A DNA stretch of 64,000 nt. Source: an uncultured Gammaproteobacteria bacterium. GTDB taxonomy: Bacteria; Patescibacteriota; Microgenomatia; UBA10105; UBA927. This document shows positions 47,533 to 56,382 of this stretch, piece after piece. Every line of letters begins with the position of its first letter. Positions within the stretch are counted from its first letter, which is position 1. Where the stretch lies: contig CAZGOA010000001.1 of assembly GCA_964527425.1 (NCBI GenBank), positions 98,435 through 162,434 of the forward strand, read 5' to 3'. The notes beneath the pieces are model-generated. The model worked only from the letters and a program-made list of their open reading frames with translations, was not told the origin of the DNA and did not search any database. The position numbers and the translations under genes were made by a program.

Positions 47533-48792
47533 TTACACTCTCGTATACGTTACAACATCAATGATATTTCCAATAGAGTAGTAATCTAAATAATTTAGAT
47601 TATATCCTTCCCAAGGATCGTTCATAATATAGCCATTAGAACCTTTAGAGGTGAGTACTAAAAAATGTTTTCCTTCTGAATTATTAGTTACAATTATTTC
47701 TACAACGACAGGTCTTCCTTCAGATAGTTCACTATCAATTTTACTTATATTTCTACCATATTTCGTCCATTTGAACCCTGATTGTGCAGGCCAAGGAATT
47801 AACATCCAAGATCTAAAAAAATATTGGGGTTGTTGAGCTATTACGCCTGGATTTGTATCAGAACCATTTTTTTTATGTAACATAGCTACTGAAGTTACTA
47901 AACATCCATATTGCCACATAAAACTTGGACTGTTACTCCAACAAGAAGATCCAATACATTGACTTCCCCATCGTTCATCGCGCTGATTAAAATACCAACC
48001 GTCTGGCTGAGGCTGAGCAGGTATAATTCCACCTTTACCTTTTCCTGTAACGAACGCCCGAAAGGCATTTTGTTGTGCCAATGCTTGAGCGAGCAATCGT
48101 TGATAGGTTGCAGCGTCATTTTTGGTTTGTGTAAGTAGTGTTTGTTTTGCTCTTTTTTTTAATTCTAATTCTTTACTTTCTTTTTCTAAATCTATTTGCA
48201 GCTGTTCTTGCTGTTGTTTTTTAGTTTCTCTTAAATCTTTTCTTTCTGAGAAATTATTTTGTGTTGCTTTTAGTTGAAATAATAATTGCGCATCGTCTTC
48301 TTGAACATTGCTGATATATTTTATTCGATGAAGCATATCTGAAAAATTTTCACTTAATAGTACATTTCCAAATTGCGGTGTTTGTGCCCGTTTATAACTC
48401 TCAGGAATACGACGTATCACTAATTCTGAACGTCTCGTTAAAATGGATTCTAATCGCACAATTTCTCCAGCAAGCTCTCCTATTTCATTGTTTATTTTGT
48501 CTATGGCTGATTTAATGGATTCTATTCGAAGCTGAGTAACACTCATTTGTGAGTCTAATAAACCAATTTCGGAAGAAAGCGAATTTTGCTGACCTTGTAA
48601 TTCGGTAATTTTTCTTTGCAACTCTGCAATGTTTGCTTGTGATGATGATGTGGGTGTAACACTAGCTGATGGAGTAGCTGTTTGCGCATGAACTTTACCA
48701 ATCTGCAGGCTAACAGCGAATACAAACGCACCTATCAACCCGATTAAAACGAGGCAGAGAGTCTTATTATTCTCATAAAATTCAACATTCAT
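47533..48792 (-). CDS. PcsB-like peptidoglycan hydrolase: N-terminal coiled-coil plus C-terminal CHAP/NlpC-P60-like cysteine peptidase domain
   Basis: 419 aa. A signal/TM helix, then ~200 aa of heptad-rich sequence (ELQRKITELQGQQNSLSSEIGLLDSQMSVTQLRIESIKSAID...). The C-terminal domain has a candidate catalytic Cys (GCLVTSVAML) and downstream His/Asp residues. It lies directly downstream of ftsE-ftsX. Confidence 0.55.
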   Translation of the reverse strand: MNVEFYENNKTLCLVLIGLIGAFVFAVSLQIGKVHAQTATPSASVTPTSSSQANIAELQRKITELQGQQNSLSSEIGLLDSQMSVTQLRIESIKSAIDKINNEIGELAGEIVRLESILTRRSELVIRRIPESYKRAQTPQFGNVLLSENFSDMLHRIKYISNVQEDDAQLLFQLKATQNNFSERKDLRETKKQQQEQLQIDLEKESKELELKKRAKQTLLTQTKNDAATYQRLLAQALAQQNAFRAFVTGKGKGGIIPAQPQPDGWYFNQRDERWGSQCIGSSCWSNSPSFMWQYGCLVTSVAMLHKKNGSDTNPGVIAQQPQYFFRSWMLIPWPAQSGFKWTKYGRNISKIDSELSEGRPVVVEIIVTNNSEGKHFLVLTSKGSNGYIMNDPWEGYNLNYLDYYSIGNIIDVVTYTRV

Positions 48793-48793
48793 C

Positions 48794-49690
48794 TTACATT
48801 TTAAGATATCTATTTACTGCACTATAGCTTCCTATACATCCTAACAAATATCCAAATGTTGTAAGTACTGCAAAAAAACCTAATGCTGATAGTATAAATA
48901 ACGATCCTGAAGGATTACTTAATAAAGCATTCATTACAGGAACTACTCCTAAAAAAGTTAATAATGCTTCTCTAGCATACAAAACAAGTGCAATAATCAC
49001 AAAAAAGGCAATCATTCCTCCCAGCGCCCCATAAAATCCTCCTTCTATTATAAACGGAGAACGAATATACCACCTTGAGGCACCTACTAATCTTAATATT
49101 TCAATTTCTTCTTTACGCAGTGCAATTTTCATACTTGTTATGGTTAGAATGATCAATACAGCATTTACCGCTAATATTCCCACTAATGCGCCTAAAACAA
49201 TTCTGATTCCACGAGTCCATTTTAGGAGTGATTCAACCACGTCACGCTGGAATACTACTTCTTCTACACCTTGTGCCTGTTTTATTATTGGTTCGATTTC
49301 CGTTAAGTACTCAGGAGCAAGCGGCATAATTTCTAGTGATGCAGGTAAAATATCTGCTGTAACCATTTCCAGTAACAATGGATCATTTTTATTTTGCTCT
49401 TGATACAGTAATAATGCGTCCTCTTTAGAAATAAATTTTGTATTGCTTACCATTCCCGTTTGTTCTAACGTTGCAACCAGGGCATCTGCTTCTGTTTTTC
49501 CTGCTCTATCAGCAAAAAATACGGTAATCTGTGGTTTTCCCTCAAAATATCGCAGCATTTCAATTGATGCCATTGATGTAATCCCAAAAATACCAGCAAG
49601 TAACAGAGTAATAAACATCGTTAAAACAGCTCCTATTGTTTGATAGGGTGATCGTCTTATATGTTTCCAGCTTGTTTTAAATGCTTTCAT
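48794..49690 (-). CDS. ftsX: Cell division permease FtsX
   Basis: 298 aa. An N-terminal cytoplasmic segment, TM1, a large extracytoplasmic loop, then three C-terminal TM helices. RLVGASRWYIRSPFIIEGGFYG is the conserved FtsX motif. Confidence 0.8.
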   Translation of the reverse strand: MKAFKTSWKHIRRSPYQTIGAVLTMFITLLLAGIFGITSMASIEMLRYFEGKPQITVFFADRAGKTEADALVATLEQTGMVSNTKFISKEDALLLYQEQNKNDPLLLEMVTADILPASLEIMPLAPEYLTEIEPIIKQAQGVEEVVFQRDVVESLLKWTRGIRIVLGALVGILAVNAVLIILTITSMKIALRKEEIEILRLVGASRWYIRSPFIIEGGFYGALGGMIAFFVIIALVLYAREALLTFLGVVPVMNALLSNPSGSLFILSALGFFAVLTTFGYLLGCIGSYSAVNRYLKM

Positions 49691-49712
49691 AAGAATGTTG
49701 ATTGCTGACTAA

Positions 49713-50402
49713 TTAACGCTTTTTGATTTCTGTATATTTCCCCTGTTGTTCATCTTTTATGATTTTTCCGTCATGTATAGTAATAGTACGCTTTTTTAGA
49801 AGATTAACGAGTTCTACATTATGGGTGGTCATAATAATCGTTGTACCTAATTTATTAATTTCTTGCAGAATTGTTAGTACATTCCATGCATTTTCTGGAT
49901 CTAAATTTCCGGTTGGCTCATCGGCTAGTAAAATTTTAGGACCCATCACCATTGCGCGAGCAATACTGGTCCTTTGTAATTCGCCGGCTGATAACTGTAT
50001 TGGGAATTTATTTGCTTTATCTGTCAAACCTACAAGCGATAATGCATCAGCAACTTCTTTTTTGACCGAGTTTGGTTTTTTGCCTAAAATTTCTAACGCA
50101 ATCGCCACATTTTCATACACTGTTCTATCTGGAAGTACTTTAAAATCTTGAAAAATCATCCCAACTTTCCGTCTTAAGTGATGAATTTTGTGTCTTGGTA
50201 ATTTATGAAGCTCCCAATCATCAATAATTACTTTGCCTGCTGAGGGGATCATATCTCTAATCATTAAACGCAAAAGAGTAGTCTTTCCTGCTCCTGATGG
50301 TCCGATAAGAAAGACAAAATCACCGTCTGGAAAAGTGACAGTTATATCAGAAAGCGCCGCATGGGTCGCGTAATGTTTGGAGACGTTAATAAATTGAATC
50401 AT
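49713..50402 (-). CDS. ftsE: Cell division ABC ATPase FtsE
   Basis: MIQFINVSKHY...GPSGAGKTTLLRL (Walker A)...LSAGELQRTSIARA (signature)...LLADEPTGNLD (Walker B). The start is chosen at MIQF, giving an ATGA overlap with the upstream gene. The longer ORF start at 50468 is less likely. Confidence 0.85.
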   Translation of the reverse strand: MIQFINVSKHYATHAALSDITVTFPDGDFVFLIGPSGAGKTTLLRLMIRDMIPSAGKVIIDDWELHKLPRHKIHHLRRKVGMIFQDFKVLPDRTVYENVAIALEILGKKPNSVKKEVADALSLVGLTDKANKFPIQLSAGELQRTSIARAMVMGPKILLADEPTGNLDPENAWNVLTILQEINKLGTTIIMTTHNVELVNLLKKRTITIHDGKIIKDEQQGKYTEIKKR

Positions 50403-50896
50403 TCCGTTTGAACTTTCCCTACATCCATGAACCAGGAAACATTGCGGGCTGCCATTGTCTGACCCCACACTGTTACCTTTTGTCCAATAAATTCGTCTAA
50501 ATCAACAACTGATGAAGTCATATACATAGTTTGAGAAGGTCCACCTTCTCGAATAAGCTTATGTGTTCCCTCTCCATCAAAACCCCCAGCTTCTACTATT
50601 CCCGTAGCTGAATCTGAAAATGTTTCACTATCTGAAATACCTACAGTCTTTTTACCATCTGCTGTTTCAGTTACGGAAACACCTGTGTTTGTTTGAGCGG
50701 TAGCGCCATTTCGAGACAGTACATATCCAGTAATCACACCAAACACAACAAGAACAATAAATATTCCATATACAACCGGCTTAATTTCTTTTTCCTCTTC
50801 TTTTTCTTCATCTAAAGAACGAACTGGGTCTAGCTCACTATCTGACAGTTGCGCAGTATTCTCAGGAGGCTGTTTAGTTACGTTTTTGGGTACCAT
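50399..50896 (-). CDS. Hypothetical membrane-anchored protein
   Basis: 165 aa. An acidic N-terminus, one TM helix (VVYGIFIVLVVFGVITGYVL), and a Thr/Gly/Ser-rich extracytoplasmic tail. Confidence 0.3.
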   Translation of the reverse strand: MVPKNVTKQPPENTAQLSDSELDPVRSLDEEKEEEKEIKPVVYGIFIVLVVFGVITGYVLSRNGATAQTNTGVSVTETADGKKTVGISDSETFSDSATGIVEAGGFDGEGTHKLIREGGPSQTMYMTSSVVDLDEFIGQKVTVWGQTMAARNVSWFMDVGKVQTE

Positions 50897-50913
50897 ATAC
50901 CCATTATGCGTAA

Positions 50914-51966
50914 CTATGACATCAGTTTCAAGTATGCCAAGATGAAATCTTCAATATTGCCATCTAGGACGCGATCTGAGTTACTTGTTTCATGCTCCGT
51001 CCGCGTATCTTTTACTAAATGATAAGGATGAAGTACGTATGAACGAATCTGGTTTCCCCATCCTGGAGTTTTATACTCACCCCGCATGTGTTTTTCTTGT
51101 TTTAATCGTTCTTGTTCTGCAATTTCCCATAATTTTGCTCTCAGCAGCTTTAATGCAGATTCTCTGTTTTGTCCTTGCTGTCTTTCTGCCTGGCTCGTTA
51201 CAACTAAGCCACTTGGTTTATGTCTAAGACGCACGGCTGTAGACACTTTGTTGACGTTTTGTCCGCCTTTTCCACCACTTCTATAGAACTCCCATTCTAA
51301 TTCATCTTCTTTAATACTAACGCCTGCATTATCATCAACTACCGGTAACACTTCCACCATAGAAAATGATGTCTGCCGTAAATTATCTGCATTAAATGGA
51401 GATTGTCTTACTAATCTATGAACCCCCGCTTCTGCTTTTAAAAATCCATAGGCATATTCTCCAGTGACTGTAATTGTGACACTTTTAATGCCTGCCTCTT
51501 CACCTGGTGTGTAATCTATTTCTTCTTGTGTCCATCCTTTTTGCTCGATGTATCTAGAATACATTCTAAATAACATAGAAGTCCAATCCATCGCTTCTGT
51601 CCCACCTTGTCCAGCATGAAGGGCTAATATTGCATCTCCACTATCGTATGGTCCAGATAAATACAAGGCAAATTCCATTCTCTCTAACTCTTTTATTACC
51701 TCGTCTTCATTTCCTTCTTCTATCATAAGTTGCAGCATTTCAGCTTCTTCTATTTGTTTTTGAAGATTTGCAATTCTTTTCATTACTTTTGCAGCCTGTT
51801 CATGTGCTTGCCAGAACTCTGGTTTACTACTTTCAATTTCTAAATCTTGAACCGTACGACGCTTTCCTTCTGGATCAAGCTTATGTAATACTGCAAGAGC
51901 TCTTGTTTTAATTTCCTCAGTCATGGGATAATTGTAGCATAGGATCAATCTTTCTGACTGACCCAT
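50914..51966 (-). CDS. prfB: Peptide chain release factor 2
   Basis: SPF tripeptide (RQSPFNADN), which is RF2-specific. GGQ motif (SGGKGGQNVNK). LHAGQGGTEAMDW. The reading frame is continuous, so there is no programmed +1 frameshift. The likely true start is MTEEIKT at ~51924. Confidence 0.85.
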   Translation of the reverse strand: MGQSERLILCYNYPMTEEIKTRALAVLHKLDPEGKRRTVQDLEIESSKPEFWQAHEQAAKVMKRIANLQKQIEEAEMLQLMIEEGNEDEVIKELERMEFALYLSGPYDSGDAILALHAGQGGTEAMDWTSMLFRMYSRYIEQKGWTQEEIDYTPGEEAGIKSVTITVTGEYAYGFLKAEAGVHRLVRQSPFNADNLRQTSFSMVEVLPVVDDNAGVSIKEDELEWEFYRSGGKGGQNVNKVSTAVRLRHKPSGLVVTSQAERQQGQNRESALKLLRAKLWEIAEQERLKQEKHMRGEYKTPGWGNQIRSYVLHPYHLVKDTRTEHETSNSDRVLDGNIEDFILAYLKLMS

Positions 51967-52016
51967 TTACGCAGATATTCATTTAGGAATACTATGATAG
52001 AAGAAGACCCATATTT

Positions 52017-53228
52017 ATGTTGTATTTATCAGAACTGCTCGGTAAAAAAGTCCGTGTGTTGGATAGTAAACTTGTTGGTACATTAACCGACCTTATTTTT
52101 GTATCTTCTGAAGTCCCCTATATCACCAAAATCCAAGTAAAATTCTCAAAAAAAGGTACAGCTCTCTATCCGATTAGTGCCTGGAAACGAATAAATGGAA
52201 CAATAGAAATAGAAAAAACTGAAGATGTTCCTTTGGGAGAAAACGAAGTATTTATGGGGATGAATTTGCTTGATCAACAAATTATTGATATTAAAGGTAA
52301 TAACATCGTTCGAGTCAATGATGTACTTATTCAGGAAAAGCCGACATTTGTTATTTCTGGAATTGATATTGGATGGACTGGAATATTACGATGGTTTGGG
52401 CTTGAAGATAGGCTATCGAGCATCATAAAAAAACCCCTCCCTCACAAGCTTCTCCCCTGGGCAGAAATCCAACCACTTGAACTAGCCAGAGGAAAAGTTG
52501 TTCTTAACAGAGAAGAGAATAAATTAAAATCAATCGCACCAGAAGATCTTGCAGATTACCTTGAAAAAACAACTATTCATAATGCTATTAAAATACTTTC
52601 ATTGGTTAACCAAGAAACAGCAACTGAAGTTATTCAAAATTTGAATATTAACTATCAGACACAAATTTTTCGACAAATGACACCTGAATCTGCTGCACAA
52701 ATTGTAACCTATGCAGATCCTGATGAGGCGACAGATCTGTTACTGACTGCATCTGAGGAAAAAAGAGAACATATACTTACATTATTAAATCCTGAAAAAA
52801 AGAAAGAATTAACATTTTTATTATCTCATGCAGAAAGTGCCATCGGTGAGTTAATGACGACAGAATTTTTAACATTTACACCAGAAGATACAGTTAGGAC
52901 GGTAGTAGACCGGATTAGAAAAGAATCAAGTGGGTACGAAAGCTTTCCATATGGTTATGTGATTAATAAAAAAAATGAATTAATCGGTGTTTTTAGTCTG
53001 CACGAACTATTACTTCAGCCAGAAAATTCTCAGCTTATGAAATTTATGAATCAAAATGTCACTATTATTCATTTAACGACTCCTAAGATACTGGCCATCA
53101 AACGTATGCTTAAATATAAATTACGAGCTGTTCCTGTTATTGACCAACATCGACAAATATTAGGGATAGTAACATTCGATGATGTTATCGAACCGTTACT
53201 AGAACGTTTAACTGAACAAACAGTATGA
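52017..53228 (+). CDS. Cytosolic PRC-barrel + MgtE-N + tandem CBS domain protein (MgtE-like Mg2+ sensor module with no membrane domain)
   Basis: 403 aa. The N-terminal LGKKVRVLDSKLVGTLTDLIF resembles a PRC barrel. The helical MgtE_N region is PEDLADYLEKTTIHNAIKIL...ESAAQIV...DEATDLL. A CBS pair is present (LMTTEFLTFTPEDTVRTVVDRIR...VPVIDQHRQILGIVTFDDV). There are no TM helices. Confidence 0.7.
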   Translation: MLYLSELLGKKVRVLDSKLVGTLTDLIFVSSEVPYITKIQVKFSKKGTALYPISAWKRINGTIEIEKTEDVPLGENEVFMGMNLLDQQIIDIKGNNIVRVNDVLIQEKPTFVISGIDIGWTGILRWFGLEDRLSSIIKKPLPHKLLPWAEIQPLELARGKVVLNREENKLKSIAPEDLADYLEKTTIHNAIKILSLVNQETATEVIQNLNINYQTQIFRQMTPESAAQIVTYADPDEATDLLLTASEEKREHILTLLNPEKKKELTFLLSHAESAIGELMTTEFLTFTPEDTVRTVVDRIRKESSGYESFPYGYVINKKNELIGVFSLHELLLQPENSQLMKFMNQNVTIIHLTTPKILAIKRMLKYKLRAVPVIDQHRQILGIVTFDDVIEPLLERLTEQTV

Positions 53229-54484
53229 AACTTAGAACAATAAAACACTCATTCCAAAAAATGAAACTGAATATCATGCTCATGCTTGCTGTACTAGGGC
53301 CTGGGTTAATTACTGCATTTGCAGATAATGATGCGGGTGGTGTGGCAACCTATACCTCTGCTGCTGCAAAATTTGGATACTATTCACTAATTACGCTTAT
53401 TCCAATCACTATTGTTTTGGCTGTTACACAAGAAATTGGTGCCAGAATTGCTATTGTAACGGGTAAAGGTTTAGCAGATTTAATTAGAGAACGTTTTGGA
53501 GTAAAAACTGCAGTATTTGTTTTCATGACGCTTTTCGTAGTTAATTTTGGCGTCATCTTACAAAATATCGGAGGTTTGAGATCTGGACTGGAATTATTTT
53601 CTATTGATTACCGGATATTTCTACCGATAGTTATTCTTTTTCTTTTTTTCATTATTACGAAATCGAATTATAAAAAGTTACAACAATTCTTTTTTGTACT
53701 TATTTTCTTTTATTTAGCATATTTAGTATCGGCTATTCTTGCAAAACCAAATTGGGTACAAGCAACTCGTGCATTAGTAATTCCTGAAAAAATGCCGTCA
53801 TTTGATTTTCTATTCACTTCTATTGCTGTTCTTGGCACGACAGTAACGGCTTGGGGACAGTTTTTTATTAATAGTTATATTAAAGATAAAAAATTAAAGG
53901 TTGATGACTTACGTTTTTCAAGAATTGAAATTATTTCTGGTGCGATTTTTACCAACTTATTTTCCTTTTTTATGATGGTTGCAGTAGCTGCAACAATTTT
54001 TACCTACAATATTCCCATTAACACTGCATCTGATGCAGCTCGTGCTATGGAACCATTGGCAGGAACTTTTGCGTCTTCTTTGTTTGGATTTGGATTATTG
54101 GTGGCAGGATTTTTAGGATGTGCCATTGTTCCTTTGGCAACAGCGTATGCTTTTTCTGAATTTTTTGGATATCAAGGAACATTAAATGATGACTTTAAGA
54201 AAAGCAGATTATTTTATAGTTTTTTTATCATTCAAATAGTATTGGGTGTACTTATTACATTTATCCCATCAATCTCACTTTTTAATATTACCTTGATTGC
54301 AGATTTTATAAACGGAATGATGCTCCCAATAATTTTTTATTACTTATACAAAATTGCAAACAATGAAGAACTCATGGGTCACTATAAAAACTCTACTTTA
54401 CAGAATATTCTTTTAGTCAGTTCTGGCTTTATTATCAGTATTGGTACCGCTCTGGGAGGATTCGGGAAGCTGTTCGGATTGTGA
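53225..54484 (+). CDS. NRAMP/SLC11-family transporter with non-canonical metal-binding residues (NRMT-like)
   Basis: 419 aa. LAVLGPGLITAFADNDAGGVATYTSAAAKFGYYSLI aligns with the MntH segment [23 protein letters not shown]...FGYQLLW, but DPGN is replaced by DNDAGG. TM6 reads GAIFTN where MntH has GATIMPH, so the Met and His are lost. It overlaps the upstream MgtE-like gene by 4 bp. Confidence 0.7.
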   Translation: MKLRTIKHSFQKMKLNIMLMLAVLGPGLITAFADNDAGGVATYTSAAAKFGYYSLITLIPITIVLAVTQEIGARIAIVTGKGLADLIRERFGVKTAVFVFMTLFVVNFGVILQNIGGLRSGLELFSIDYRIFLPIVILFLFFIITKSNYKKLQQFFFVLIFFYLAYLVSAILAKPNWVQATRALVIPEKMPSFDFLFTSIAVLGTTVTAWGQFFINSYIKDKKLKVDDLRFSRIEIISGAIFTNLFSFFMMVAVAATIFTYNIPINTASDAARAMEPLAGTFASSLFGFGLLVAGFLGCAIVPLATAYAFSEFFGYQGTLNDDFKKSRLFYSFFIIQIVLGVLITFIPSISLFNITLIADFINGMMLPIIFYYLYKIANNEELMGHYKNSTLQNILLVSSGFIISIGTALGGFGKLFGL

Positions 54485-54850
54485 CTTTGAGTTTGTAGAG
54501 AGTGATTGACTTAATGCTTCGAGTATTTTCTGTTGTTGTTCTTCAGGTAGTGAACCAAATTTTGAAATAATAAGTCGTGCAGCATGAGTAACGACAATAT
54601 CTGTTGCATAGTTTTTTATCATTTGAATTCCACTGTCTTTTACATTCTGAGGAGACAACGCCATCACAGACTGTTCATTTGATACTCCTAATACATTTGC
54701 TGCTTGTTGTCCAAATGCGGTAGAACGAACAAATGTATTAACCCCTTCAAGCACCTGCGGTCTTGGTGCAGTAGAAAACCGTGACCACGATAGCGATACC
54801 CCAACTATTGCCAACACTACAACGAAAAACACTAAGAAAAAACGAATCAT
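54413..54850 (-). CDS. Hypothetical N-terminally anchored/secreted protein
   Basis: 145 aa. An N-terminal hydrophobic helix and a Gln/Ser-rich tail. It overlaps the 3' end of the convergent NRAMP-like gene by 72 nt, so its true extent is uncertain. Confidence 0.25.
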   Translation of the reverse strand: MIRFFLVFFVVVLAIVGVSLSWSRFSTAPRPQVLEGVNTFVRSTAFGQQAANVLGVSNEQSVMALSPQNVKDSGIQMIKNYATDIVVTHAARLIISKFGSLPEEQQQKILEALSQSLSTNSKSQSEQLPESSQSGTNTDNKARTD

Positions 54851-54862
54851 ACCACTACAATA

Positions 54863-55276
54863 TTACCCTCTATTTTTTCGAATGAATAGTATTATTCCAC
54901 TTATTAAGGTTATTACAATATATGCAAAAATAATTGATAAAATTGACAACACTGTCCACCAAACCTCAAATGTATTAAATGACACCTGTTGTAAAGCATT
55001 TAATAAATGCACAGATAGAAATGATGGAAGTCCCAAAGAAATTAAAAGTAACTGCTCATACGGTTTAAGTAAACTTGCCCATACTAACGGAGAAATGCAT
55101 GCATCACGGGATGGATAAAAACAGAGCATATACAGCAAACTTGAGAGCAATAAACTGCTCACTATTCCCCAAATCATTGCTAATACAGGACGAAGCAACA
55201 CAGTCTTTGGTGCAATATGCTGTTTATGCGCATTAGTTGTCTTTTTTGTATACCTAACTGTTTTGGATTTTTTCAT
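54863..55276 (-). CDS. Hypothetical membrane protein
   Basis: 137 aa. A basic N-terminus followed by 3-4 TM helices. Confidence 0.3.
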   Translation of the reverse strand: MKKSKTVRYTKKTTNAHKQHIAPKTVLLRPVLAMIWGIVSSLLLSSLLYMLCFYPSRDACISPLVWASLLKPYEQLLLISLGLPSFLSVHLLNALQQVSFNTFEVWWTVLSILSIIFAYIVITLISGIILFIRKNRG

Positions 55277-55321
55277 ATACCCCCCTTAATACATAGTACG
55301 ATACTGTGATATAACACTTCC

Positions 55322-55798
55322 ATGGTTATATTAGGTATTGACCCTGGATATGCAACAATAGGGTGGGGTGTTATACAAAAAAAGGGAACGACAATTTCTT
55401 TTTTGCAATGTGGCTCAATACTAACACCAAAAAATCTTATTTTTGGAGAACGGTTACATATGGTATCTAGAGGTCTTGATACTCTTATTATGAAGTATAA
55501 ACCAGACCAAGTTGCAATAGAACAATTATATTTTTCTAAGAATACTAAAACTGCATTGGATGTTGCTCATGCCAGAGGAGTTATACTATTAAGTTGTTAT
55601 CAGCATAATATTCCAGTTGCATCTTACGGTCCCCTTACGGTAAAACAAACAATAGCAGGTCATGGTAAGGCTGATAAAGAACAGGTACAAACTATGGTAA
55701 AAAGGTTGTTGAAATTGTCTGCCGTACCCAAACCTGATGATGTTGCTGATGCAATTGCTATAGCACTCACTCACGCTTACAGAAACGATGCCGTATAG
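55322..55798 (+). CDS. ruvC: Holliday junction resolvase RuvC
   Basis: 158 aa. MVILGIDPGYATIGWGVIQ (catalytic Asp) ... AIEQLYF ... DVADAIAIALTHA is the RuvC signature. Confidence 0.85.
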   Translation: MVILGIDPGYATIGWGVIQKKGTTISFLQCGSILTPKNLIFGERLHMVSRGLDTLIMKYKPDQVAIEQLYFSKNTKTALDVAHARGVILLSCYQHNIPVASYGPLTVKQTIAGHGKADKEQVQTMVKRLLKLSAVPKPDDVADAIAIALTHAYRNDAV

Positions 55799-55806
55799 TT
55801 ATACAT

Positions 55807-56379
55807 ATGATCTCTCAACTTAAAGGAATTTTGATTGACAATACAGAATCACAAATTACCATTGATATTCATGGTGTTGGGTATGGTGTATATACAACTG
55901 AGCAGTGGCGCACACAACATCAATTGAACGATGAATGTAATGTATATATTTATACCCATGTGAAAGAAGAAGCATTAGAGTTATTTGGATTTGAATCTAA
56001 GCAAGAAAAAAGATTATTTGAGTTATTACTTTCGGTATCCGGAATAGGACCAAAGACAGCTCTTGCCATACTGAATAAAGGTGTAAGTAATGTTGAGGGG
56101 GCAATTATACAAGCTAATGTATCTTTTTTTGGAGGTATCCCTCGAATTGGCAAAAAAAATGCACAAAAAATAATTATTGAATTAAAAAATAAAATTGGAA
56201 GTGTAAATGAACTTAATCTCAATGAAGAGCCAGGAATGGAACAGGATATTGTTGTAGCACTTTCTCAAATGGGATTTTCACGCCAAGAAATAAAACACGT
56301 ACTACAACAGCATTTTGATGCTACTCAGTCAATCGAGCAAAATATAAAAACAGCATTAAAACAATTATCCAGCTCATAA
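55807..56379 (+). CDS. ruvA: Holliday junction DNA helicase RuvA
   Basis: 190 aa. MISQLKGIL...IDIHGVGYGVYT is the OB domain. FELLLSVSGIGPKTALAIL is the HhH motif. Confidence 0.85.
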   Translation: MISQLKGILIDNTESQITIDIHGVGYGVYTTEQWRTQHQLNDECNVYIYTHVKEEALELFGFESKQEKRLFELLLSVSGIGPKTALAILNKGVSNVEGAIIQANVSFFGGIPRIGKKNAQKIIIELKNKIGSVNELNLNEEPGMEQDIVVALSQMGFSRQEIKHVLQQHFDATQSIEQNIKTALKQLSSS

Positions 56380-56382
56380 TTT

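Noticed and set aside
50914-51966. N-terminal extension MGQSERLILCYNYP of RF2
   Set aside because: It is not homologous to RF2 N-termini. The likely start is the internal MTEEIKT. The extension is probably an artefact of ORF calling.
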